Source: Bacillota bacterium (GTDB lineage Bacteria; Bacillota; Dethiobacteria; DTU022). Taken from it: 40,173 bases of DNA. Location: the NCBI GenBank assembly GCA_012510625.1, contig JAAZHP010000087.1:1-40173 (forward strand), in the 5' to 3' direction. The position numbers were made by a program, and so were the translations under genes. Below the pieces are notes generated by a model that saw nothing but the letters and a program-made list of their open reading frames with translations, ran no database searches and had not been told where the DNA came from. Of the stretch, positions 9,780 through 18,838 are shown piece after piece; position 1 is the first letter of the stretch; every line of letters starts with the position of its first letter.

Positions 9780-10751
9780 TTATGCTTTCCTTTCACCGGA
9801 ATTGCTCTTAACCTGATCGGCATTTTGTGCCAGTAATGACAGCTGCCTGAAACGGTAATTCATTGCCGACTTGCTCAAGGGCGGATCAAACATCCGCCCC
9901 AGCTCTCTAAGCGAAGCTTCGGGATAACGGCGCCGCATTTCCGCAGCCGCCCGCAGGGCCGGAGAAAGGTTCTCCAGGCCTATACGACGCTCCAACCGAT
10001 CGATCAAGGCCAACTGCTGCTGTGCAGTGGCTACAACCTTTTCCAGGTTGGCTGTTTCGCAATTGACCAGGCGATTGATCTGGCTGCGCATGCTCCGGAT
10101 CACCCTGGCGCTTTCCAGCCGCAAAAGGGCGCTATCTGCTTCAATAACCCGCAGAAAATCGGCAATTGCTTCTGAATTTTTCTGGTAGAGGAAAAAGCTG
10201 CCCCGGCGCCGCCTGATTGAGCTCTGAATGTTAAATTTGCCCAGGCAGCTGCGCAGGACCATGGCTAGTTCACGCGAGCCGCAGTTGATTTCAAGATGAT
10301 AGCCTGAACCGGCAGATGCGCTCAGCGATCCTCCAGCCAGAAAAGCTCCCCTGAGAAAAGAGCGCCGGCAGCAGCGCAGCGGGGGCACCCGGGGGGTCAG
10401 CCCGGTCAGCCGATCCGGTGCCGGGCCGTTGTTCAAACCGAGTTCATGCAGCAAGGACGTAATGTTATTTCTCCCGGCTACCTGAACCGGATAGCATATT
10501 TTGCCCAGCCGCCGCTCATGTTTTTTTAATACCACGGCTGATCCGGCACCGGCCGCCTTAAACAGGCAGAAGAGATGGCGGGCCAGGGCTATATGATCCA
10601 CCTCGATACTTAACAGGTACTCGCGGCCCCGTATGGTTAAATAGCCGCGCAAGAGCAGCAGCGCCGCCAGTTCAGCACGGCCGCAGCAGAACGCTCTCTC
10701 TTCATGGCGGACCAGCTCCAGTTTTGCCTGCCGGGTAAATGACACGATCAA
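9780..10751 (-). CDS. whiA: DNA-binding protein WhiA
   Basis: 323 aa. The N-terminus VSFTRQAKLELV is typical of WhiA, and a C-terminal HTH segment is present. It occupies the conserved rapZ-yvcK-whiA position. Confidence 0.88.
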   Translation of the reverse strand: MIVSFTRQAKLELVRHEERAFCCGRAELAALLLLRGYLTIRGREYLLSIEVDHIALARHLFCLFKAAGAGSAVVLKKHERRLGKICYPVQVAGRNNITSLLHELGLNNGPAPDRLTGLTPRVPPLRCCRRSFLRGAFLAGGSLSASAGSGYHLEINCGSRELAMVLRSCLGKFNIQSSIRRRRGSFFLYQKNSEAIADFLRVIEADSALLRLESARVIRSMRSQINRLVNCETANLEKVVATAQQQLALIDRLERRIGLENLSPALRAAAEMRRRYPEASLRELGRMFDPPLSKSAMNYRFRQLSLLAQNADQVKSNSGERKA

Positions 10752-12141
10752 AGCTCCCCTTTCGGCAATCCATCATTCCGTTATTTTTTAAAACAAGATG
10801 AGACCGTGGAAAAAAGCGGCTCTCCCATGAATTCCAGCCTCGTTTCATCTTTTCTGGGATCCGCTCCATCAGCAAACGGGCCAGGTCTTGCCCGTAATGG
10901 CGGGATGGCATCCGGCGGTTGATTAGGGGGTAGCTGATAATCCGGGGAACGAGCTTGCGCAAATTTTGATAGTCGGGCTGCACCAGTTCGGCCCCGCGGG
11001 CCCGGAAAGGCCTCAGCTCTGCCGGCGAAACAGCCAGGTCTGAATTTACTACAACGTAATCGACCAGCTGCGGCGACGTATGCTCCAGCAGGGTCCTGAG
11101 ATGATCGGAGGCGCTAAAACCGGTAGTCTCTCCAGGCTGGGTCATCACGTTGCAGATATAGAAAACCGGCGCCGGTGAACTCGCCAGCGCTTCAATCATG
11201 CCCGGCACCAGCAAATTGGGTATCACACTGGTAAAAAGGCTTCCCGGCCCCAGGATAATAGCGTCAGCTTCGGCAATTGCCCTTAAAACCTCGGGAAGCG
11301 GTTTTACCGCGGAGGGGGAGGGAACCAGTGCAATGCTCCTTAAGGAACCCCGGCGGCTGTTATGAATTGATTCGCCCAGAATTTTTTCACCCTTTTCATC
11401 CACTGATTCCAACTGCACCAGATCCAGCGTCACCGGATAAACCTGCCCGCGGATAGCCAGGACTTTACCAAAAAATTTAACCGCCTCCTGAAAACCAAAC
11501 ATCTCGGTCATGGCAGCAATAAAAAGATTTCCGAAATTATGTCCGGCCAGGCCGGCGCCTCCTGTAAAACGGTGTTCGAAAAGCTTCTCCATGAGAGGCT
11601 CGGTGTCGGCCATGGCCAAAATGCAGGAGCGGATGTCTCCTGGAGGAAGCATCCCCAGTTCATGGCGCAGCCGGCCGGAACTGCCCCCGTCGTCTGCTAC
11701 CGTAACCACAGCGGTAAGGTTGGAGGTGTAATTTTTCAACTCGCGCAGCAGGGTGGAAAGGCCGGTCCCGCCCCCGATTGCAACCAGGCGCGGCCCGTCG
11801 GCAAGATAGCGGCTGGTAAAGATCTTTTCTATTAAAGAATAGTTCGATTTGAAAAGCAGCGCTTCTCCCGCAGCCCGGACGGCGCGGTAAATACCGTAAA
11901 ACAAGGCCGGCAGCCCGACGCAAAGAAGTAAAATGCCATAAAGTGAATATCTAAAACTGCCGGAAAGCGGCAGCAGCGCTTTGAGAAATTGGAAGATAGC
12001 GGGTCCTGTGAGCAGGAGGAAGCCCAAAAAGGCCGCCCCCAGGCCGCAGAAAGCCAGCAGGAGCCAGCGCTTTATTTTCAAACCCGGGTAAAGCCAGTAT
12101 AACATTCGGGCTATAAAAGTGCGACTTTTGATTACGTCCAC
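10702..12141 (-). CDS. yvcK: YvcK/CofD-family (UPF0052, gluconeogenesis factor) protein with an N-terminal membrane anchor
   Basis: Core motifs VAIGGGTGLSTLL and ILGPGSLFTSVIPNLLV. About 105 extra N-terminal residues form roughly three hydrophobic helices. GTG start at 12141. The 3' end overlaps whiA by 50 nt. Confidence 0.85.
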   Translation of the reverse strand: MDVIKSRTFIARMLYWLYPGLKIKRWLLLAFCGLGAAFLGFLLLTGPAIFQFLKALLPLSGSFRYSLYGILLLCVGLPALFYGIYRAVRAAGEALLFKSNYSLIEKIFTSRYLADGPRLVAIGGGTGLSTLLRELKNYTSNLTAVVTVADDGGSSGRLRHELGMLPPGDIRSCILAMADTEPLMEKLFEHRFTGGAGLAGHNFGNLFIAAMTEMFGFQEAVKFFGKVLAIRGQVYPVTLDLVQLESVDEKGEKILGESIHNSRRGSLRSIALVPSPSAVKPLPEVLRAIAEADAIILGPGSLFTSVIPNLLVPGMIEALASSPAPVFYICNVMTQPGETTGFSASDHLRTLLEHTSPQLVDYVVVNSDLAVSPAELRPFRARGAELVQPDYQNLRKLVPRIISYPLINRRMPSRHYGQDLARLLMERIPEKMKRGWNSWESRFFPRSHLVLKNNGMMDCRKGSFDRVIYPAGKTGAGPP

Positions 12142-12174
12142 CTCTATTTTACCCCTTGGAAAAGGGGTCTGCGG

Positions 12175-13050
12175 CTAAACCTTGTCAATATCCCTGTGCT
12201 CGATTTGGATTCGGTAGCGATTGCCCAAGATCCGGCCGAGTTCAGCAGCAAGCGCCACGGAGCGGTGCTTCCCCCCGGTGCATCCGAGGGCTACCACCAG
12301 CTGTGCTTTCCCTTCACGAATATAGCAAGGAATGGAAAACTCGAGGAGGTCCTGCAGCTTCTGAATATACTTGTGCGTGACCATCCACCGCCAGAGATAA
12401 TCCTTGACCCGGGGATCTTCTCCGGTCAAGGGACGCAGGTGTTCAACGTAATGCGGGTTCGGCAAAAAACGCACATCAAAAACCAGGTCGGCATCAAGCG
12501 GCAGCCCGTATTTAAACCCGAAGGATACCAGCATGATGGGCATACTTCTTTCCCTCTGGCCCGGTTCATAGATCTTGTAAATTTTCTCTTTTAGATCCCG
12601 CGGCGATAAAGAAGAGGTGTCGATGATCATATCCGCTTTGCCTCTCAGCTCGCTCAAGGCCAGCCTCTCTGCCTGGATCGCCTCGAGCAGCCCCTTACCC
12701 TTATTGGAGAGGGGATGTCGCCGCCTTGTCTCTTTAAAGCGGCGCAGCAGCACTTCATCGCCGGCTTCGAGAAAGAGAATTTCGTGGTTTATCTCGTTTT
12801 CCTCCAGCTCCTGGAGCGCCTCAAAAAGGTGGTCGAAAAAGGCCCCCCCGCGCATATCGCAAACCAGGGCCACCTTGCTGATCTTCCCTTCCGAATGGAG
12901 GCATAAATCGGCAAACTTCGGTATAAGGGCAGGCGGTAAATTATCCACACAGAAATAACCGAGGTCTTCAAAACAGTTAATGGCATTACTTTTACCGGCT
13001 CCTGAAAGCCCGGTTATTAGCACAATCTGGATTGCATCTTCCAGGCTCAT
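12175..13050 (-). CDS. rapZ: RNase adapter / nucleotide-binding protein RapZ (YvcJ)
   Basis: 291 aa with P-loop GLSGAGKS near the N-terminus and the C-terminal GCTGGKHRSV motif. Confidence 0.92.
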   Translation of the reverse strand: MSLEDAIQIVLITGLSGAGKSNAINCFEDLGYFCVDNLPPALIPKFADLCLHSEGKISKVALVCDMRGGAFFDHLFEALQELEENEINHEILFLEAGDEVLLRRFKETRRRHPLSNKGKGLLEAIQAERLALSELRGKADMIIDTSSLSPRDLKEKIYKIYEPGQRERSMPIMLVSFGFKYGLPLDADLVFDVRFLPNPHYVEHLRPLTGEDPRVKDYLWRWMVTHKYIQKLQDLLEFSIPCYIREGKAQLVVALGCTGGKHRSVALAAELGRILGNRYRIQIEHRDIDKV

Positions 13051-13094
13051 AACTTCACCCGTCTCTCTAGGGTCTGATGTAAAAACAGACGGGG

Positions 13095-13910
13095 CTAGCG
13101 GCAGAGAACATATTCTTCGATTACCCTGGCGACCCCGTCTTCGGTATTGGCGGCGGTAACAAGATCGGCTGCCTCCAGCACTTCCGGAACGGCATTGGCT
13201 ACCGCCACCCCCAGCCCGGCATACTGGATCATATCGATATCATTATTGCTGTCGCCAAAGGCGATAATCTCTTCCCGGCGGATGCCGAGCTCCAGGGTCA
13301 GCCGCTGCAGCGCCTGCCCCTTGGTGGCCCTCCGGTCGGTAAATTCGAGAAAAAAGGGATAGGGCTCAAGCATGGTTATTTTGTCCCGGTAACAGGGTTC
13401 CACTGCCTCTTTGATTTTTTCAAATTTTCCATTCCAATTGAAAACCGTTATCTTCGTCGGGTTCCATCCCTGCTTCTCCAGGAACAGATCAAGCGGGCCG
13501 ACCACTTCGACAGTAACATCATACTTCTGGCGGTAATAAAGTGAGTAGCGGTTTTCCCGGTTAATATACAGGCGCTCTTCAACATAGGCGCAGGCCTCTT
13601 CCCCGAAAGCTTCGGCAGCGGAGGCAGCGGCAACGGCAAGTTCGTTTTCCAGGGGACGGTGATAAAGCACTTCGCCGCTTTCGGTGGTTTTGATCAGAGC
13701 TCCCTGGTAATTGATCATCGGCCAATCGGTATTTAGAGCCAGCTCCCTTACGTATGGTATGCTGGTGCGGTACATCCGCCCGGTAGAGATGGTGATGATT
13801 ACCCCCCGGTTGACCGCCTCCCTGATGGCCCGCTTGCTGCGCGGCGATATCTGGGAGTTTTCATTTAGCAGCGTTTCATCCAGGTCTATGGCCAGCAGCC
13901 GGTAGCGCAT
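13095..13910 (-). CDS. Cof-type HAD-IIB family hydrolase (sugar phosphatase-like)
   Basis: Contains LLAIDLDETLL (DxDxT), ISTGR and GDSNNDIDM motifs. I moved the start from the ORF-track GTG at 14075 to ATG 13910 (MRYRLLAIDLD...), which has GGGGGAG upstream. The first 55 track residues cover repeat and hairpin DNA. Confidence 0.88.
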   Translation of the reverse strand: MRYRLLAIDLDETLLNENSQISPRSKRAIREAVNRGVIITISTGRMYRTSIPYVRELALNTDWPMINYQGALIKTTESGEVLYHRPLENELAVAAASAAEAFGEEACAYVEERLYINRENRYSLYYRQKYDVTVEVVGPLDLFLEKQGWNPTKITVFNWNGKFEKIKEAVEPCYRDKITMLEPYPFFLEFTDRRATKGQALQRLTLELGIRREEIIAFGDSNNDIDMIQYAGLGVAVANAVPEVLEAADLVTAANTEDGVARVIEEYVLCR

Positions 13911-13998
13911 GGAACTCCCCCAGGTCACTCTATTTATTCTATTATAACATATGTAACATATGCTCCATTGCAGGCCGTGCGGTGGGAGAAATCCCGGA

Positions 13999-14022
13999 GG
14001 GCGGGCGTGGAAGCCCGCCCCT
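13999..14022 (-). repeat. GC-rich hairpin repeat (AGGGGCGGGC-TTCCAC-GCCCGCCC); possible uvrC terminator
   Basis: Perfect 8-bp stem GGGCGGGC/GCCCGCCC with a 6-nt loop. A near-identical element (21/24) lies at 24943-24966 on the opposite strand. Only a weak U tract follows it (CUCCGGGAUUUCUCCC). Confidence 0.7.
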
Positions 14023-14047
14023 ACGGCTGAAATTTCAATTATTGCCT

Positions 14048-14078
14048 TTCTCACCTCTAACCTCTCACTTCCCACCTC
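14048..14078 (-). repeat. GAGGTG/GAAGTGAGAG repeat module directly after the uvrC stop codon
   Basis: Minus strand reads TGAGAGGTGGGAAGTGAGAGGTTAGAGGTGAGAAAGG. Positions 14048-14075 match 8141-8168 at 26/28 in inverted orientation. Confidence 0.8.
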
Positions 14079-15953
14079 TCAATTGTGCAGCTTCCTGAAG
14101 ATGCGTTCGGCCAGGGCGCGTCTGATGCCGGGAACAGCGGCAAGCTCTTCCTCGGAGGCGCGGTAGAGCCGCTCCAGGCTGCCAAAATGCTTCATCAAGG
14201 CGGCGCGTCGCTGCGGGCCAATCCCGGGTATCTCCTCCAGCCTGGATTGAGTGGCGCTCTGCCTGCGCAGGCGGCGGTGATAATCCACGGCAAAGCGGTG
14301 TGCCTCGTCGCGAATGCGCTGCAGGAACTGCAGCAGGGGGCTGTTCGCCGGCTGGAGTACCGGCGCTTTCTCCCCCTCCAGGAATATCCGATCCGGATTC
14401 TCAGCCAGGGCCAGCAGAGGCATACCGGATAGATCTGTCTGCCGCAGGGCTTCCCGGGCTGCATTTAGCTGCCCCTTCCCCCCGTCGATGAGCATGAGAT
14501 CGGGACGGGGCCATCCGCTGCGCGCCGCCCGCCGCTGCAGCACCTCCTTCATGGCGGCATAATCATCACCCGGCGGAGTTTTCCGGAGATGGAAGCGGCG
14601 GTAGCCGTCCTTGAAGGGGCGCCCTTGCTCGAAAACTACCATTACCCCCACCGCTTCGCCCCCATGGAGGTGAGAAATATCGTATCCTTCAATACGGCGG
14701 GGCGCCTGCTCCAGCCCGGCCAGGCGCGCCAGCTCCTCCAGGGGCAGCAGCTCCTGCCGCTCCCGCCGCTCTCCTTCTTCCTGCAGCTTAAGCGCCGCAT
14801 TGCGCAGGGCCAGATCCACCAGCCGGCGGCGGGGACCGCGCCGGGGCACTGTCAGCTTTACCTTGCCTCCGGCCAGCCTTCTTAACCACTCCTCGAGAGT
14901 TTCCCGGTCATCGGGCTGGTGCGAGAGGATAATCTCCTTCGGCGGACGCGCCCCGCGGCTGTAATATGACTTGATAAATGCACCCAGCGCCTCGCCGTCA
15001 TCAACCTCTCCCGCGGCGGGACCGAGGGAAAAATGCTCCCGGCGGATGAGCTTCCCTTCCCTGATAATAAAAAGATGCACCGCTGCGGCAGCGTCCTGCC
15101 GCGCCAGGGCAAGAATGTCCCAGTCTACCGCCTGCTCCAGCAGGAGCACTTTCTGCTGCTGCGCGGTGACCCGGCGGACCGCCTGGAGCTGGTCCCGCAG
15201 CCGGGCCGCCTCCTCAAAACGCTCTTCCTGTGCCGCCTGCCGCATCTTCTCTTCAAGCTGCCGCTCCAGAAAGCCGCGCCTCCCTTCAAGAAAGAGGACC
15301 ACCTGCTCCACCATGCGGGCATACTCTTCCGCCGAAACTTCCGCTGCGCCGCGGCACGGACCCAGGCAGCGCTTCATCTGGAAATTCAGGCAGGGCCGCT
15401 CCGCGGCAGGCTCGCCGGTTAGATGGCGGCGGCAGCGCCGCAGGGGAAATATTTTTCCCAGCAGCCGCATGGTCTCATGAACCGCTCCGGCATCGGTGTA
15501 GGGGCCGAAATAGAGCGCGCCGCTTTCCTCGGCCTTGCGCTGCTCTTTCAGGCGGCGGCTTTTCTTAGGCCGGCGGCCTTCTTTCTGGGAAAGGCGCAGG
15601 TATTCCAGCCTCGGGTATAGACCCCCGGTCAGGCGCAGGCAGGGGTAATCCTTGTCATCTTTCAGGTCCACATTGTAGCGGGGCCGGTATTCTTTAATCA
15701 GGTTGCATTCGAGAATGAGCGCTTCCACTTCGGAATCGGTGACAATAAACTCGATGTCACGCATCTGCCTTTGCAGCGCCCTTATCTTTGGCGGCTCAAC
15801 TCCATTTTTAGAAAGGTAGGCGCGGACCCGCTGCCGCAGGGAGCGCGCTTTGCCCACATAGATAATTGCTCCCGCGGCATCTTTAATCAGGTAGACCCCG
15901 GGAGAATCTGGGAACTGGCGCACTTTTTCTGCAAGCCGGGACAGTATATCCAT
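14079..15953 (-). CDS. uvrC: Excinuclease ABC subunit C
   Basis: GIY-YIG N-terminus (PGVYLIKDAAGAIIYVGKARSLRQRV), a UVR domain and a C-terminal HhH (LEEIPGIGPQRRAALMKHFGS). I moved the start to ATG 15953 (MDILSRL...), which has GGAGGAA 7 nt upstream. Confidence 0.93.
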   Translation of the reverse strand: MDILSRLAEKVRQFPDSPGVYLIKDAAGAIIYVGKARSLRQRVRAYLSKNGVEPPKIRALQRQMRDIEFIVTDSEVEALILECNLIKEYRPRYNVDLKDDKDYPCLRLTGGLYPRLEYLRLSQKEGRRPKKSRRLKEQRKAEESGALYFGPYTDAGAVHETMRLLGKIFPLRRCRRHLTGEPAAERPCLNFQMKRCLGPCRGAAEVSAEEYARMVEQVVLFLEGRRGFLERQLEEKMRQAAQEERFEEAARLRDQLQAVRRVTAQQQKVLLLEQAVDWDILALARQDAAAAVHLFIIREGKLIRREHFSLGPAAGEVDDGEALGAFIKSYYSRGARPPKEIILSHQPDDRETLEEWLRRLAGGKVKLTVPRRGPRRRLVDLALRNAALKLQEEGERRERQELLPLEELARLAGLEQAPRRIEGYDISHLHGGEAVGVMVVFEQGRPFKDGYRRFHLRKTPPGDDYAAMKEVLQRRAARSGWPRPDLMLIDGGKGQLNAAREALRQTDLSGMPLLALAENPDRIFLEGEKAPVLQPANSPLLQFLQRIRDEAHRFAVDYHRRLRRQSATQSRLEEIPGIGPQRRAALMKHFGSLERLYRASEEELAAVPGIRRALAERIFRKLHN

Positions 15954-15993
15954 ACACGGATTCCTCCGCAATCTGCTTTGCCCGCCAGGATAA

Positions 15994-18834
15994 TTAATTT
16001 ATTGAAGCTCTTTCTGCCGGCCGCCCCAGGACCCGGCGCAGCCAGAAACCGGTATAGGAACTGTTTAAGGCCGCCACTTCTTCAGGCGTCCCCGCAGCGA
16101 CAACCTGTCCGCCGGCCTCGCCGCCTTCGGGGCCCAGGTCGATGAGGTAATCGGCCCGCTTGAGCACATCCATGTTATGTTCGATTACGATCACCGTATT
16201 TCCAGAATCGACCAGCCGTTCCAGAATCAGCAGCAGCTTGCTGATATCGGCCATGTGCAGCCCCGTAGTGGGCTCATCGAGAATGTAAAGGGTTCGCCCG
16301 TTGCTGCGCTTCGAAAGCTCGGTAGCCAGCTTCACCCGCTGGGCCTCTCCCCCGGATAAGGTGGTCGCCGGCTGCCCCAGCTGGATATAGCCAAGCCCCA
16401 CGTCGTCGATGAGCTGGAGCCGCCGCTGCAGCTTGGGGATTGCGCTGAAGAAATCGAGGGCCTCGGAGACGGTCATGGCCAGGACATCGGCAATGTTTTT
16501 GCCCTTGTAGCGCACCTCCAGTGTTTCGCGGTTGTAGCGCCGCCCCCGGCATACTTCGCAAGGCACAAAGACATCGGGCAGAAAATGCATCTCGATGCGC
16601 AAAATGCCGTCGCCGCGGCAGGCTTCGCAGCGGCCCCCTTTGACGTTAAAGCTGAAACGGCCCGGGCGGTAGCCGCGCCGGCGCGCTTCCGGGGTCTTGG
16701 CAAAAAGCTCTCGGATATCTCCAAAGAGCCCCGTGTAGGTGGCCGGATTGGAGCGCGGAGTTCTCCCAATAGGAGACTGGTCCACCACGATGACCTTGTC
16801 CAGCTGCTCCACGCCCTCGATGACGCGGTGAGCGCCGGGCACTTCGCGGGAGCGGTGCAGCCGCCGCGCCAGGGCGCGGGCGAGAATGTCATTTACCAGG
16901 GTGCTCTTGCCGGATCCGGAGACACCCGAAACGCAGACAAAGAGCCCCAGGGGTATCTCCACGTCAATATCCTTGAGATTATGTTCCCGCGCGCCCCGGA
17001 TCCAGAGGCTGCGCCCGCCCGGCCGGCGCCGCTCTGCCGGCACAGGGATAAATTTCCGCCCGGCCAGGTAATCGCCCGTTATTGAGCCCGGGGTGGCAAT
17101 TATTTCATCCACTGTTCCCTGGGCCACGATTTTGCCGCCGTGGGCTCCGGCGCCGGGACCGATATCCACAATATGATCGGCGGCGCGGATGGTCCCCTCG
17201 TCATGCTCCACCACGATCACGGTATTGCCCAGGTCGCGCAGCCTTTTCAGCGTCTCGACGAGGCGGGCGTTGTCCCGCAGGTGCAGCCCGATACTCGGTT
17301 CATCCAGGATGTAGATGACCCCGGTCAGGCCGGAGCCGATCTGGGTTGCCAGGCGTATCCGCTGCGCCTCCCCGCCGGAGAGAGTCGCCGCCGCCCGGTC
17401 CAGGGTCAGGTATTGCAGCCCCACGTTATTTAAAAATTGCAGCCTCGCCGCGATCTCTTTCAACACCTGCCCGGCAATCTTCATCTCGCGCGGCGTCAGT
17501 TCAAGCCGCTGAAAAAAGTCCGTGGCCTCGCCGACTGTGAAAGCGGAGACCTGGGCGATATTAAGGCCGTTCAGGAGAACGGCCAGGCTTGATTCTTTCA
17601 AGCGCAGGCCGCGGCAGGCAGGGCAGGGTTTTGTCTCCATGTAGCGGGCCAGCTCATGGCGCACCTCCTCCGACTCTGTGGAGTTGTAGCGCCGCTGCAG
17701 CAGATTCAGGATGCCGGGAAAGGGCCTGCGGTAATTTCGGACCCGGCCGAACATGTTCACATAGCGGAAGGGCACCGGCTCGGGCGAACCGTAAAGGAGC
17801 AGCTCTTTCTCGCTCTCTTCCAGTTCGGCAAAAGGCCTGTCAAGGCCGATTTGAAAGTGATTTGCCGCCGCCTCCAGGAACTGGCGGTAATAGCCGGGAT
17901 GCCCCCCCAGGGGATGGATGGCTCCTTCATTGATGGAAAGCTCGGGGAAGGGGATGACCAGCCCGGCGGAGAATTCGGAGCGTTCTCCAAGGCCGCTGCA
18001 TTCCGGGCAGGCGCCGTAGGGGCTGTTGAAAGAGAAGGCGCGGGGGGTAAGCTCCTCCATGCTGTAGCCGCACTCGGGGCAGGCGAAGCGCTCGCTGAAT
18101 ATATGCTCGCCGCCGCCGACTTCCTGCACCAGGACCAGCCCTTCGCTGAGCTTCAGTGCAGTTTCCAGTGAATCGGCCAGCCGGGAGTGGATATCTTCCC
18201 GGACCACCAGGCGATCGATGACCACCTCGATGGTGTGCTTTTTCTGTTTGTCCAGGATAATCTCTTCTTCAAGCTCGCGCACCTCGCCGTCCACGCGGAC
18301 GCGGACATAGCCGCGGCGGCGCATATCCTCAAAAAGTTTAATGTATTCGCCCTTGCGCCCGCGCACCAGGGGCGCCAGCACCTGGAGCCGGGTTCCCTCG
18401 GGCAGCTCCATGATCCGGTCCACAATTTGCTGCACCGTCTGCCGGCTGATGGGGCGGCGGCAGTGAGGACAGTGGGGCTGCCCGATGCGGGCAAAGAGCA
18501 GCCGCAGGTAGTCGTAGATTTCGGTTACCGTCCCCACCGTGGAGCGCGGGTTGCGCGATGCGGTCTTCTGGTCGATGGAGATAGCCGGCGAGAGCCCTTC
18601 GATCTGGTCTAGGTCGGGTTTCTCCATCTGCCCCAGGAACTGGCGCGCATAGGCGGAAAGCGACTCCACATAGCGGCGCTGCCCCTCCGCGTAGATGGTA
18701 TCAAAGGCCAGCGAGGACTTGCCCGATCCGCTCAGACCGGTGAAAACAATAAGCCGGTTGCGGGGCAGGGTCAGGTTAATATTTTTCAGGTTGTGCTCCC
18801 TGGCCCCGCGAATTATAATGGTTCCTTCAGTCAA
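15994..18834 (-). CDS. uvrA: Excinuclease ABC subunit A
   Basis: Two ABC modules ([10 protein letters not shown] and [10 protein letters not shown], with LSGGEAQR twice) and CxxC zinc modules. The family N-terminus [14 protein letters not shown] shows the true start is TTG 18834 (GAGGT 6 nt upstream, 4 nt after the uvrB stop). The ORF-track start at 18945 lies inside uvrB. Confidence 0.93.
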   Translation of the reverse strand: MTEGTIIIRGAREHNLKNINLTLPRNRLIVFTGLSGSGKSSLAFDTIYAEGQRRYVESLSAYARQFLGQMEKPDLDQIEGLSPAISIDQKTASRNPRSTVGTVTEIYDYLRLLFARIGQPHCPHCRRPISRQTVQQIVDRIMELPEGTRLQVLAPLVRGRKGEYIKLFEDMRRRGYVRVRVDGEVRELEEEIILDKQKKHTIEVVIDRLVVREDIHSRLADSLETALKLSEGLVLVQEVGGGEHIFSERFACPECGYSMEELTPRAFSFNSPYGACPECSGLGERSEFSAGLVIPFPELSINEGAIHPLGGHPGYYRQFLEAAANHFQIGLDRPFAELEESEKELLLYGSPEPVPFRYVNMFGRVRNYRRPFPGILNLLQRRYNSTESEEVRHELARYMETKPCPACRGLRLKESSLAVLLNGLNIAQVSAFTVGEATDFFQRLELTPREMKIAGQVLKEIAARLQFLNNVGLQYLTLDRAAATLSGGEAQRIRLATQIGSGLTGVIYILDEPSIGLHLRDNARLVETLKRLRDLGNTVIVVEHDEGTIRAADHIVDIGPGAGAHGGKIVAQGTVDEIIATPGSITGDYLAGRKFIPVPAERRRPGGRSLWIRGAREHNLKDIDVEIPLGLFVCVSGVSGSGKSTLVNDILARALARRLHRSREVPGAHRVIEGVEQLDKVIVVDQSPIGRTPRSNPATYTGLFGDIRELFAKTPEARRRGYRPGRFSFNVKGGRCEACRGDGILRIEMHFLPDVFVPCEVCRGRRYNRETLEVRYKGKNIADVLAMTVSEALDFFSAIPKLQRRLQLIDDVGLGYIQLGQPATTLSGGEAQRVKLATELSKRSNGRTLYILDEPTTGLHMADISKLLLILERLVDSGNTVIVIEHNMDVLKRADYLIDLGPEGGEAGGQVVAAGTPEEVAALNSSYTGFWLRRVLGRPAERASIN

Positions 18835-18838
18835 GGCT

